Source of the DNA: Candidatus Poseidoniaceae archaeon
Lineage (GTDB): Archaea > Thermoplasmatota > Poseidoniia > Poseidoniales > Poseidoniaceae
Assembly: GCA_049616955.1 (NCBI GenBank)
Contig: JBMZIJ010000002.1
Location: forward strand, 25,972-89,971
Direction of reading: 5' to 3'
DNA: 64,000 nucleotides
Of this stretch, positions 1 to 9,786 are shown in pieces. The notes under the pieces were generated by a model, which saw nothing but the letters and a program-made list of their open reading frames with translations, searched no databases and had not been told where the DNA came from. Within the stretch, counting starts at the first letter, position 1. The number at the start of each line of letters is the position of its first letter. The translations under genes were made by a program, and so were the position numbers.

Positions 1-2484
1 GTCATCTTTGAGGGAGTTAAGTGATGGATCAAGTGCCCAACGGCCTTTACAACCATCGCAGAGTGGGTTGCCAGGCATATCAAATCCAGAGAGATTCATC
101 TCATGAACTGCGTACTTCTTTTGCAACTCAAAACCACCAAGCCAATTAATCCAAACATAACCGCCAGGTTCCATCAGGCAACTGTTGCTGGTACTCTCTG
201 TGCATCCCGGTCGATCCCAAGTCGAAATAGCAACCCAAAGCGAATGCGAATTGGTGTTGTCTTCTGTTGACTTCACTTGCATTTCCCAACCATCGAGCAT
301 TCCATCTGCATCAGTGTCGTTGATCAATGGATTGGTTTCATGCTGGAACGGACGAGGAATAAACAAAATCTCGTTACCATCAATGAGTCCATCGTTGTCT
401 GTATCGGAGTTGTTTGCGTGTGTGACAAAGTTGTCAGCACCTGCGATGACTTCCTCTCCATCTTCGAGACCATCGTTATCGGTATCAAACATACAGGCTG
501 ATGTGAAATATTGTTCGCCGTTGAAGATGTATCCAAGCATAACTTCTTGTTGATCGCTTTCTCCATCGCCGTCGGTATCAACATTGGATGCGTTAGAGCC
601 TTGGCCATCACAAGTCGAAGAGAATTCCACAAAGTCGGAAAGACCATCTGAATCCGTGTCGGCAAGGCCTGGATCTGAGACAACCCATGTCAATTGAACG
701 CCACGATTGACAACGAGAATTTCCCAACCGCCGACTTCAATACCATCAAGAAGGCCATCGAGATCTGTATCACCGTGTGTTGGGTCTGTTGACCGGCCAA
801 CCGCATTTCCATTCTCATCCAATCGAGCTTGGTACTCCATGAGATTCGTGAAACGTTCTGATTCCTCAACAATGTTCATCCAAACAAACAACCTCGACTC
901 GACTTGGTCTCCTGGGGCAACGTTGATGTGGTAGACGTAGCCGTCGACTGGAGCCACAAGATAGACGGTTTGCTTGTTTCCACCACCAAGTGTGTACTGC
1001 CCTCGAGCAACGGTGGAATTTGCTGTAACGTAATCGCCCTTCGTAACGTACACATCAACGACTGTTGTCGCAAGTTCAAGTTCATCGAAGAGGACATCTC
1101 CGTCACCATCAGAATCCCAACCATCGAAATCAATGTCGTCGTTCGCATTGCTTGCGTTACGAGGATTGAGAGGGTATTCGAGTGTCGTCCTGTTGTATTG
1201 GGTTGCTTCCCAACCATCAGGCATTCCATCTTGGTCTGTATCTTCAGTCCATGGAGAGGTAAAAGAAGGAAGGCCATTCGTGAGGCCAAATTTGAGTGCA
1301 ACTTGATACTCCTCGAGGTTGTTCAATCCATCTTCATCCCAATCGTTGTATCCATCGGATGCATTGGATGGGCTCAAGAGTTCAGCAAGTGCCTTCTGTG
1401 GATTACCAACGCCGAGTGGGTGGTTCTCTTTGAAAGAGAAACAGTACTCAAATCCGTCAGGCATTCCATCGCCATCGGTATCCCAATCACTTGGACCGTT
1501 GAGGTATCCATCACCGTCCATGTCCGAAAGGAACCACGAGGCGCTAACTTCATCTGCAAATGGAGCAGTCGTAGGAAGGCGTTGCGATGGCGGAGTGATG
1601 ACTGGTTCGCCACAATTGGAGCCCAACTGGAAATCAAGGAGCATGTTCGCATTGTTGACTTCAAGAATGTCCGGGAGCATGTCGTTGTCAGAGTCCTTTG
1701 CTGCAGGATTGGTTCCGTAAGCTTCCTCTTGGAAGTTGAGCAGACCATCGTCGTCGAAGTCCAAGACTTGATCGCATGAGTGTTTTCCGAGCGGGTTTTC
1801 CAATTCTTCCCAAGTCGGCGCCCCTTCGAATCCTTCAAGAAGATCGGCGAGTGTTTGTTCGAGAGGACCGTTGAGAAGCGTACAATCCCAGTTGCCCGAG
1901 AGTGGATTAAAGAGCGTCACCGTACCATCTGGCGAGGAGACGTTCATTGTGTAAATGGATTCCCAGCGGTCGTTGAGACCATCGTTGTCCGTGTCTGCAC
2001 GTTGTGGATCGGTTCCCAACTCAGCCTCTTGTTCGTTCGTGAGACCGTCGTTGTCAGGGTCACCGTACTTCCCTTGGGTTGGGTCTGGCCACGAATCGCT
2101 CTCATTGCTAACTTCAGCATCGTCTGCTGTGTTTGTTGAACCTGATTCTTCTTCTGCTTCTTCGGCTTCACCACTGTCAAGTGGATTGAGACCGTGAGCG
2201 ACTTCCCAACCATCGCTCATCCCATCGTTGTCGGTATCAGGATCGTCTTTGAGTGTACCGTATTGCGATTCCTCGAGAACATCTGGCAACCCATCTCCAT
2301 CCGTATCAATCGCTTCACCGGATGTAATTTCGATGTCGGGATTAATGTTTTCTTCAGCAGCACTGTCGAAATCTCCAACTCCTGAAGAGGTTTGGTAGAA
2401 CCCACTAATACCCACGAAAAGGGATCCGAAAATCAGTGTTGAAATGATTGCAGCATACGCCATTTGGTTGTGATTGAGTGACAT
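1..2484 (-). CDS. Secreted or membrane-anchored Ca-binding protein with many thrombospondin type-3-like (DxDxDG) repeats. C-terminus runs off the window start (3' partial).
   Basis: ATG at 2484 on the minus strand. The frame is open through position 1 (checked line by line for stops). N-terminus MSLNHNQMAYAAIISTLIFGSLFVGISG is a signal/anchor. Repeated DTDGDGLPD / DPDTDNDGMSDGWE / DTDNDGLND motifs are visible. The ORF is absent from the track because it has no in-window stop. Confidence 0.6.
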   Translation of the reverse strand, partial: MSLNHNQMAYAAIISTLIFGSLFVGISGFYQTSSGVGDFDSAAEENINPDIEITSGEAIDTDGDGLPDVLEESQYGTLKDDPDTDNDGMSDGWEVAHGLNPLDSGEAEEAEEESGSTNTADDAEVSNESDSWPDPTQGKYGDPDNDGLTNEQEAELGTDPQRADTDNDGLNDRWESIYTMNVSSPDGTVTLFNPLSGNWDCTLLNGPLEQTLADLLEGFEGAPTWEELENPLGKHSCDQVLDFDDDGLLNFQEEAYGTNPAAKDSDNDMLPDILEVNNANMLLDFQLGSNCGEPVITPPSQRLPTTAPFADEVSASWFLSDMDGDGYLNGPSDWDTDGDGMPDGFEYCFSFKENHPLGVGNPQKALAELLSPSNASDGYNDWDEDGLNNLEEYQVALKFGLTNGLPSFTSPWTEDTDQDGMPDGWEATQYNRTTLEYPLNPRNASNANDDIDFDGWDSDGDGDVLFDELELATTVVDVYVTKGDYVTANSTVARGQYTLGGGNKQTVYLVAPVDGYVYHINVAPGDQVESRLFVWMNIVEESERFTNLMEYQARLDENGNAVGRSTDPTHGDTDLDGLLDGIEVGGWEILVVNRGVQLTWVVSDPGLADTDSDGLSDFVEFSSTCDGQGSNASNVDTDGDGESDQQEVMLGYIFNGEQYFTSACMFDTDNDGLEDGEEVIAGADNFVTHANNSDTDNDGLIDGNEILFIPRPFQHETNPLINDTDADGMLDGWEMQVKSTEDNTNSHSLWVAISTWDRPGCTESTSNSCLMEPGGYVWINWLGGFELQKKYAVHEMNLSGFDMPGNPLCDGCKGRWALDPSLNSLKDD

Positions 2485-2585
2485 AGGATGTAGCCTCCGC
2501 GTCTTGACTATCCCAACGACGACGTGGTTCGGTTATGAACCTTGACCTTATTTGCGCAAATCAGTAGCGTGAATTTCGTAGCCAA

Positions 2586-3608
2586 TCATTGATTTTGATA
2601 TTCAAGTAAAGATTGGATTTTGACGAAGAAAATATCATTCTCTTCTCGAACTGAGATTTGGCTCGAGCGGCCATGTGCACGTTCCCACATTCCCACAACT
2701 ACCCCCAATGTCAATGGGAAATGGCTCATCATCAGCATGGAGAATTCAAATTCGAATGTTGAAGGATTGTACTTCCTCGTTTCGATCGAACCCCAACCCC
2801 GTTCTCGAAGGCAGTGCTCGATGTAAGCATCCCAACTTGATTGATCGATGATATAGACGGGTTGTTCGCTGGAAAGGAACATTTCTGCTGTTGTACGAAT
2901 AATGATCTTCAAAAGATTCTCGTATGCATTCAAACCAGTTGATTGATTGTTGAACCAATCACCTTTTTTGTCGGGAGCATATGGCAAACATCCGGAGAAG
3001 AAACGTTCCAACGGAGCAAGAGGAATCAATACCACTCGCTCGCCTTCGAGTCGAAGTTCGTTCATTTGTTGGGTTGTGATTTCAAGTGAAGATTGATCAA
3101 ACGCTGAGGCAATTCTCTTACCAGTCCATGGCAACTTTGCATGCGATTGTGGCGATGAAATCTGTGGACTTGATTCTGTCTCGATTTGAACGAGTTGTGA
3201 ACGTGGTTCCGTCCATCGTATTTTGTACCGTTGCTGATGATACAATTCGAGGGAATAGTGACCGAGTGCGACTGATAGCAGTGGATGAGCGCTGTGAAGG
3301 ATTTTCTTTTGTTCGAGTTGTACCTGCCCCCAACCAAGAAGGGAAGAGATTCGTTCAATTTCATGTCGAAGTTTCTTCTTGCGAAAGAGACCGCGAACAT
3401 CCTTGATGGTATTCTTCAATTCGAATCCATCAACAAATGCGTTGATGAATGTGCGGCTCAGCGGATGTTCCATTCGTGATTCAAACAAATTCCACCACGT
3501 ATGGAATTCATGTTGTTTCCAAATGATAATTTCTCCAAACACATCTTGACGAAAGATGCCTTTTTCTCGAATTGATTCTAGACGGAAATCCGTTATGATG
3601 GACTTCAC
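2586..3608 (-). CDS. Hypothetical protein (340 aa), no recognisable motif
   Basis: Long ORF co-oriented with flanking genes, with a 4-nt overlap with glyA. No family recognised by eye. Confidence 0.4.
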   Translation of the reverse strand: MKSIITDFRLESIREKGIFRQDVFGEIIIWKQHEFHTWWNLFESRMEHPLSRTFINAFVDGFELKNTIKDVRGLFRKKKLRHEIERISSLLGWGQVQLEQKKILHSAHPLLSVALGHYSLELYHQQRYKIRWTEPRSQLVQIETESSPQISSPQSHAKLPWTGKRIASAFDQSSLEITTQQMNELRLEGERVVLIPLAPLERFFSGCLPYAPDKKGDWFNNQSTGLNAYENLLKIIIRTTAEMFLSSEQPVYIIDQSSWDAYIEHCLRERGWGSIETRKYNPSTFEFEFSMLMMSHFPLTLGVVVGMWERAHGRSSQISVREENDIFFVKIQSLLEYQNQ

Positions 3609-4897
3609 ATCCCTTCATACGCAGGTATCGTTTCGGAGTCAAAGCAGTACTGTACGTGTTGAAAATCAGATTTCAATTGTTGAACATCTTCGCGAACACG
3701 TCGTGGATCTTCGTCATGAAGGAGGACACGTGCATAGAGTGATGCGACTTCGGCCATTTCGTTGATGCCCATACCAACTCGAGTTAATTCTTGTACCCCC
3801 AAGCGTAGACCTGATGGATTCATGGCCTTGGTGTCTCCAGGAAGCATGTTCATGTTGGTGATGATTCCAGCATCTTCGAGTTTTTGTGCAGCGACAGCTC
3901 CTGCTCCTGAATCAATACCTCCATGACGAGTCAAAACCTGATGCGAGGCCGTGTATCCTCGTGATTCAGCCAGAACATCAAAGCCTTCTGCTGCAAGTGA
4001 TTCAGCGAAGACCTTTGCGTTCCTGACAATATCCGTAACATAGGCCTTGCCAAACGCCTCGAATTCTGCAAGTGCAACGACTTTTCCAGCAACGTGGTGG
4101 AGGTGATAGGAAGAGCAGACGCCTGGGAACATGGCGTTGTTAAGACGTCGATGGAATGTTTCATCCTCGCTTGACGATAGCAAAAATCCACCTTGTGGGC
4201 CTGGGAATGTTTTGTGTGATGAACCAGTCATCACATCCGCACCTTCGCGCAGCGGGTCTTGGAAAACACCACCCGCAATGAGACCGAGTACATGCGCCCC
4301 ATCGTACATAACCGTGGAATCGACTTCATGGGCGGCATCAGCCATCTCCTTAAGGGGCGTTGGAAACAAGAAAACAGATTGACCAACGAGAGTGATTTTT
4401 GGTTTCAACTCACGGATGAGAGCGCAGGATGCATCGACGTCTGGTTCCATACGGTCTTCGTCCCATGGATACGTTGAGACATTCAAATCACGGAGACCAA
4501 CCGCACCCATGCGAGCGTGCGAGATGTGTCCACCATCTGCTGTTGAGACAGCTGTGATCGAATCGCCTGGTTTTGCAAGAGCCTTCAATGCTCCAATGTT
4601 TGAAACCGTCCCTGATGTCGATTGTATGTTTGCAAAATTGGCTTGAAATACCTTCTTAGCAAGACCGATACCTATACTTTCAATGGTATCAAAATCATCA
4701 CAACCCTGGTAATAACGCTTTCCTGGCAAGCCTTCAGCATACCTTCCATGAAGATCTGAATTGATGGCTCGTTTGACGTTTGGTGAAATAATATTTTCAG
4801 AGGCAATCATCCCTAGACCATGCCCGTAAAGTCGCGTACTTTCTGCAGATGCTGCAAGTACAGCATCGACCGATTCTCGAGGAGAGAGATTTGTCAT
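3605..4897 (-). CDS. glyA: Serine hydroxymethyltransferase
   Basis: PLP-lysine motif region GSSHKTFPGPQGG. Length about 430 aa from the ATG at 4897 (MTNLSPRE...); the track ORF is extended upstream to 5020. Confidence 0.85.
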   Translation of the reverse strand: MTNLSPRESVDAVLAASAESTRLYGHGLGMIASENIISPNVKRAINSDLHGRYAEGLPGKRYYQGCDDFDTIESIGIGLAKKVFQANFANIQSTSGTVSNIGALKALAKPGDSITAVSTADGGHISHARMGAVGLRDLNVSTYPWDEDRMEPDVDASCALIRELKPKITLVGQSVFLFPTPLKEMADAAHEVDSTVMYDGAHVLGLIAGGVFQDPLREGADVMTGSSHKTFPGPQGGFLLSSSEDETFHRRLNNAMFPGVCSSYHLHHVAGKVVALAEFEAFGKAYVTDIVRNAKVFAESLAAEGFDVLAESRGYTASHQVLTRHGGIDSGAGAVAAQKLEDAGIITNMNMLPGDTKAMNPSGLRLGVQELTRVGMGINEMAEVASLYARVLLHDEDPRRVREDVQQLKSDFQHVQYCFDSETIPAYEGM

Positions 4898-4949
4898 GCT
4901 TGAACCAAGTCCAAGAGGTTCATCAATTCTGTGAATGAACCTGCTCCCT

Positions 4950-7900
4950 TCAACGCTTACCTGGTCGGCGAGGCCCTGAGTATGTGGAACGCTCACTTGC
5001 AATTGTGTGCGTTGGAACATTTCTGTTTGAGAGGTTCATATCAGAAACACGTGTACGACTCGGTCCGATACTTGTTGAGCGATTCAAACTCGTAGTCTTT
5101 CTTTGAACCATCGTTTGACGTCCTCGGTATGCAACGGGTCCAACAAGGCGCTCCAATGCTGGCGTATCGGAATCTTCCTCTTTTGGTCGTTTTAACCACC
5201 AGCCTGAGGAGAGGATCGAAAGTTTTCCGGGACGATTCTTTGAAATCGACATCGCATTCCGCTTCAACCTTGAACGAATGGTCTTGTCTGAATCTTTTGG
5301 CAAGCGCTCTGTAAGCCATCCTGGCAGGCCAATATCCAAAACCACACCATTCACCGTTACGAGAATTCCAGACAAGAGAAGATGGGTTCCCACTGGAATG
5401 TTATCTCGGCTTGGTTTGACCTTTGACCGCTTCATCATTTTTGCATATTCAACCAACGAACGTTGATCTCTGTGCTTGATCTGTTTTCGTTGCTGTCGAT
5501 TAAATCGGTATAAACCAATTTGCAACACAAATAGTGTACCAGCTGCGACAGCTCCCTCAACAGGTCCATAAACAGAATCCAAACCAATTCCGGTAACAAT
5601 GTAAATCATCGGAAGCAGGAAGAACTGTACAATTTTTTGAACCATGGAGATCGAATACCTGGGCGTCATTCCTCTACGAACAGCTTCATGACTGACAATC
5701 ATGACATTCGCATTGATGGCTTCATCAATGCCGCCCTTTGTTGCCAATCCGGCGACAGGGTTGACCGGTGCATCATCCAACCACCTACGCAGAGACTTGC
5801 CTTTTTCCAATACGAGAGAAACTTCGATATCTTCAGCGTCTGCTTCATGTCCAAGAATAACTGAAAGTGCCTTAACACGAGGATCATTGACATCGCTTTC
5901 GCGTAGTTCCTTGTAGATGGAAAGGGCTTGGTGCCAGTCGCCTCGATCGAGGAGACACAATGCTGCTGCAATGCGAGGACGTACACCGAGAGGATCTTGC
6001 TTGACTGTATCCAAAGCCAATTCCAAAGCCTCTTCGTGCTTCCTCTGCATACGCAATGTTGCCACGTTGGAAATAGCCGAAATGAGGGAAATGCGATCTT
6101 CATGTTGCGTTGCTTCTTTGGAATACGAAGGCGCCCAATATCGAAGCATTCGCATCTTTTCATTCAGATGATCAATTGTTGAATTGTTCTCCCAATCCCA
6201 CAAGTCGTCTTCGTCAACCGTGCCATGCCAAGGGTCGAGCCATTCGCATATGAATGCAAGAAGTTCGGGCTCATCGTATCCTTCTGGCTGTTGAAGGCCA
6301 CGGAGGGCGCCACGGGCTGCGTCCAAACGCCGAGTTGCGATGTAACCTGTTGCGATCAACATTCTGGCTTCGTCATCATCACCGCCTGATTGAGCGAGTA
6401 CCTTTTTGGCCTCTTCAATGGCCTTTGGCCATAGACCACGTATTGCACAAACCCACATTTTTGCACGAGCTTTTTCATGACGGACAAGTGATTGGTCACC
6501 CTCGATGGATTGCTTTTGAAATCGAATCAATCCATCCAAGTCCTCCTGGAGTGCAGCGTTATCGATGTATTCACGCATCCAATCGCCACCTGCGAGCATG
6601 ACCGCTCCTTCTCGACGCTCTTCAGGATCCAAATCAAATCGAATCTGTCGTAATGGTGAAAGTCTGGCGATGGACAAAAGCCACGTAAAGAGGAAAACAG
6701 CATTACCAACAGCAATAAACATCCAAGTAGCAAGCAACCGCATTTCCTCATTGAATCCCTGATTTTCGAGATTTGAGGTAAATGGCATCAAGTCACCGAA
6801 TTCCTTGTAGCAAACCAGGATTAAGAGGAGAACGGTATAACCCGAAAATCCAGCGAATGCGAAGGCAATTTGACGACCTTGAGCAGCCTCTTCGGTTCGA
6901 ATTTCTCGAGGTGTATCGAGGGTAACACCAAACATCCCACCAAAGGTTTGCCCTCCAAGAATCAAGTTGCGTGTGAGTTCAAAAATAAAGGCAAGACCGA
7001 CAATGGCGATGTTAAGCGAGAGATAAAAGGACAAAAATTGTGGCATTGATTTAATGAATTCCCAATGAAACAAAAATTCGGAAATCAAATCAATTCGTTC
7101 GTAAATAGAATGCCCGATGATGCCTCCGAAATTCAAGATGTCTTCACCATTATCTGGTCGATTGTAAAGAACGTGAAAGACGGTGACAATACCATTGAGT
7201 GCGGTCACTGGCATTGTGATAAGGAACAAGACGAGGAGCAAAGAGAAGAGGCGATTGACGAAGGAAGGTTTGTCTGGATCGATTGGATTTCTCCTTCCAT
7301 TCGCAGTTCTCCACTTGTTGACCAACAGCATGTTCCATGAAGCACCCATGATTCGTCCATATGCGAGAATGGTTGGTGCCATAAACACCAGCATGGTTAC
7401 AGCAAGCCAAACTGGTGTAATTTTTCCACCGTTTTGATTCATTCCATAAACGAGCGTGACAACCGTTGCAGCAACGAGGATGGAAAGGGTGAGAATTCGA
7501 CGAATTCCTGTACCGATTGTTGTTGCTCCAATGCGTGTATCACCTTTACCAGCAAGTTGAGCATTCATGGTCTCCCATGGCGAAATCAAAATCGGAATTA
7601 ATACGAAGAGACCAATGATCCATAAATTGGGTTCGAAGTATGTCTGTGGTTGGAAAAGAAGTTCTGAGATGAGAAGAAGAACCCCAAGCATTCCCATCAT
7701 GTAAAGTCCTACACCGAAGGCGACACGACCTTGCTGCAAAATCTCACGAGCATCCTCGATTGTACGAGTTAGACGGTGAACTTCGTACAAGTTGTCATCA
7801 ATCTCAAAGGCGACTTGGAGTGCTGACAACTGACGTGGGACGAAAAATTTCCACAACATTGCTGCCACAAACAACGCAAGCAAAAGTGGGTAGAGGTAGA

Positions 7901-7997
7901 TGACGTCAAACTCAGTTGGTTTGGCGATCGAGGCTGCGGAGACATTGGGAACGAGGATGGTTGCGGCAAGGACACCGCCCATGAACAACTTCCGCAT
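4950..7997 (-). CDS. Large polytopic membrane protein (1015 aa) with a central TPR-like soluble region and a basic Ser/Arg-rich C-terminal tail
   Basis: Many hydrophobic segments at both ends, a central helical-repeat region (…GDWHQALSIYKELRES… TPR-like) and a tail rich in R/K/S. No family recognised. Confidence 0.5.
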   Translation of the reverse strand: MRKLFMGGVLAATILVPNVSAASIAKPTEFDVIYLYPLLLALFVAAMLWKFFVPRQLSALQVAFEIDDNLYEVHRLTRTIEDAREILQQGRVAFGVGLYMMGMLGVLLLISELLFQPQTYFEPNLWIIGLFVLIPILISPWETMNAQLAGKGDTRIGATTIGTGIRRILTLSILVAATVVTLVYGMNQNGGKITPVWLAVTMLVFMAPTILAYGRIMGASWNMLLVNKWRTANGRRNPIDPDKPSFVNRLFSLLLVLFLITMPVTALNGIVTVFHVLYNRPDNGEDILNFGGIIGHSIYERIDLISEFLFHWEFIKSMPQFLSFYLSLNIAIVGLAFIFELTRNLILGGQTFGGMFGVTLDTPREIRTEEAAQGRQIAFAFAGFSGYTVLLLILVCYKEFGDLMPFTSNLENQGFNEEMRLLATWMFIAVGNAVFLFTWLLSIARLSPLRQIRFDLDPEERREGAVMLAGGDWMREYIDNAALQEDLDGLIRFQKQSIEGDQSLVRHEKARAKMWVCAIRGLWPKAIEEAKKVLAQSGGDDDEARMLIATGYIATRRLDAARGALRGLQQPEGYDEPELLAFICEWLDPWHGTVDEDDLWDWENNSTIDHLNEKMRMLRYWAPSYSKEATQHEDRISLISAISNVATLRMQRKHEEALELALDTVKQDPLGVRPRIAAALCLLDRGDWHQALSIYKELRESDVNDPRVKALSVILGHEADAEDIEVSLVLEKGKSLRRWLDDAPVNPVAGLATKGGIDEAINANVMIVSHEAVRRGMTPRYSISMVQKIVQFFLLPMIYIVTGIGLDSVYGPVEGAVAAGTLFVLQIGLYRFNRQQRKQIKHRDQRSLVEYAKMMKRSKVKPSRDNIPVGTHLLLSGILVTVNGVVLDIGLPGWLTERLPKDSDKTIRSRLKRNAMSISKNRPGKLSILSSGWWLKRPKEEDSDTPALERLVGPVAYRGRQTMVQRKTTSLNRSTSIGPSRTRVSDMNLSNRNVPTHTIASERSTYSGPRRPGKR

Positions 7998-8044
7998 GTA
8001 TCAAAGGCCGATATAATGCATCATGAAATCTTCGCCAACATACA

Positions 8045-9256
8045 TCATGCGTTTCTGTGTCTTTGGAGGAAGGCATCGATGCGATCAAATGCAGTGTTAA
8101 GCGTCGCAACGTCAGGCAAGAAAACAAGCCTTACGTGTCCTTTTCCTTTCTCTCTGCTAAAGCCGGAACCATGAACCAGTAAGACGTGTTCTTCGTGGAG
8201 CAGTTGCAAAACAAATTGCTTGTCGTTGTTCTTCCAACGCTCATCTGTAAGTCGAACAAACATGTAGAATGCCCCTTCGGGTGCTTCGACCTCAAGGCCT
8301 TCAATTTCTGCGATTCGACTGAGGCATACATCTCTGCGTTCCTTGACCGTATCCGAGTATTGTTTCATCCACGAACGATCTTGTTGCAAGCCTGCCAAAA
8401 AACCGAGTTGTGCGGGGGTTGAAGCGCATAGACGAGAACGTAGAATTCGTTCAATTCCATCTCGAACTGAGCCAAGAACGGAGGTTGGGTCATGGATAGC
8501 CATGTAGCCAATTCTCCAACCTGGAGCGTAGTAGACTTTGGATACTCCGTTCAAGACGACGACCGGTGTCGAATTGGTTCGGCTTGCAGCACTAACTTGA
8601 TTGTTGGAGAAATCAAGACCATCATAAATTTCGTCTGCAACAAGAATGCACTTCGGCCATCGCTGAAGAATCTCCAGCAACTTGTCAATATCGTCCTGAC
8701 CAACAACAGCACCTGTTGGATTGTTTGGATTGATCAAGACGAAGAGACGAACCTCTTCATTCATCTTTGCTTCAATATCATCGAAATCGAGTGACCATCC
8801 ATCGCCAGAGTCGAGTCTGTATTCGATAGTTTCAGCCCCATACATTTGGGGATAAGCCATGTATGGAGGGTAATGCGGACCAGGTGCAAGGACTTGATTG
8901 CCCTCTTCCAATGTTGCTTGAAAAAGAACTTGAAGTGCTTCGGTTACACCATGACAGACGTAAACATCATCAGCCGATGCAAGCCAACCCTTGTCCCTCT
9001 CATCGTTGGCAATAGCTTCTCGAAGTTCTGGTAAGCCATAGGAAGGTGAGTAACCGTTGCGACCATCGGCTAACGCCTGTGAAAACGCTTCAACCATATG
9101 CGATGGAGTGGGTAAACCAGGGTATGCAATTGGATCGCCAATGTTGAGTTTGATGATGGTATGGCCTTGCGCTTCCAACTCAGTGGCAGGAACAACAACA
9201 TCCCGAATCGCATACTCAATGTTGAGTGCTCGTTTTGTTGCAGATATATGGTGCAT
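8045..9256 (-). CDS. PLP-dependent aminotransferase, class I/II (aspartate/alanine aminotransferase family)
   Basis: Motifs NGVSKVYYAPGWRIGYM (PLP lysine region) and PNNPTGAV. 403 aa. Confidence 0.8.
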   Translation of the reverse strand: MHHISATKRALNIEYAIRDVVVPATELEAQGHTIIKLNIGDPIAYPGLPTPSHMVEAFSQALADGRNGYSPSYGLPELREAIANDERDKGWLASADDVYVCHGVTEALQVLFQATLEEGNQVLAPGPHYPPYMAYPQMYGAETIEYRLDSGDGWSLDFDDIEAKMNEEVRLFVLINPNNPTGAVVGQDDIDKLLEILQRWPKCILVADEIYDGLDFSNNQVSAASRTNSTPVVVLNGVSKVYYAPGWRIGYMAIHDPTSVLGSVRDGIERILRSRLCASTPAQLGFLAGLQQDRSWMKQYSDTVKERRDVCLSRIAEIEGLEVEAPEGAFYMFVRLTDERWKNNDKQFVLQLLHEEHVLLVHGSGFSREKGKGHVRLVFLPDVATLNTAFDRIDAFLQRHRNA

Positions 9257-9265
9257 GAAATCACA

Positions 9266-9745
9266 TCAATTGAGGTCGGAAAAATCAATGCCACCCATCG
9301 TGCATATGTGTTGAAATTCGTTTTCTTGTACAGGTTGAATCGAGAGTCGCTGACCCCTTCGAATCAACAACATATCAGCAAGTGCTTCCTCTTCGCGTAC
9401 TGCATCCAATCCAACAATTGTCTTGAGTTCACATACCGGCTCGATATCAACCATGAACCAACGTGGATTGTCCGGTGTTGATTTTTCATCAAAGTACTTC
9501 GATGCCGTATCCCACGAAGTAAAATCACCATACCCTTCCTTGCATACCCTTGCAATACCTGCAACATGCGGTGGTTTGCAGTTCGAGTGATAATAGAGAA
9601 TCAAGTCACCAACGTTCATTTCATCGCGCATCATGTTTCGCGCTTGATAGTTGCGTACACCGTCCCAGTGGGTCTTTCCATCTGCGACAAGTTGCGAATA
9701 AGGGTAGACATCGAGTTCCGATTTCATCAGCCAATACTTGACCAT
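9266..9745 (-). CDS. EVE (PUA-like) domain protein
   Basis: MVKYWLMKSE…GVRNYQARN…LYYHSN…GIARV pattern typical of the EVE/thymocyte-nuclear-protein family. Start re-set to the conserved MVKYW Met. Confidence 0.55.
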   Translation of the reverse strand: MVKYWLMKSELDVYPYSQLVADGKTHWDGVRNYQARNMMRDEMNVGDLILYYHSNCKPPHVAGIARVCKEGYGDFTSWDTASKYFDEKSTPDNPRWFMVDIEPVCELKTIVGLDAVREEEALADMLLIRRGQRLSIQPVQENEFQHICTMGGIDFSDLN

Positions 9746-9786
9746 GCTCTTTGATGGAGATACAGGTCTTATCCCTTTGCTTGGCT

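Noticed and set aside
185-2405. Multiple track ORFs on both strands inside the first 2.5 kb (e.g. 904..1779 +, 876..1301 -, 1374..1838 -).
   Set aside because: The minus ORFs all lie in one frame, offset from the long open frame that encodes DxDxDG repeats. Their translations are low-complexity and non-protein-like. They are out-of-frame shadows of the TSP3-repeat gene.
3605-5020. Track N-terminal extensions (glyA to 5020, polB to 19881, eif6 to 49067, gap to 62531, rpoE to 40536, alaS to 29403, valS from 12791)
   Set aside because: The extensions use TTG/GTG or distant ATGs, overlap neighbouring genes or rRNA, and precede the conserved N-termini. Starts were re-set to the conserved ATGs.
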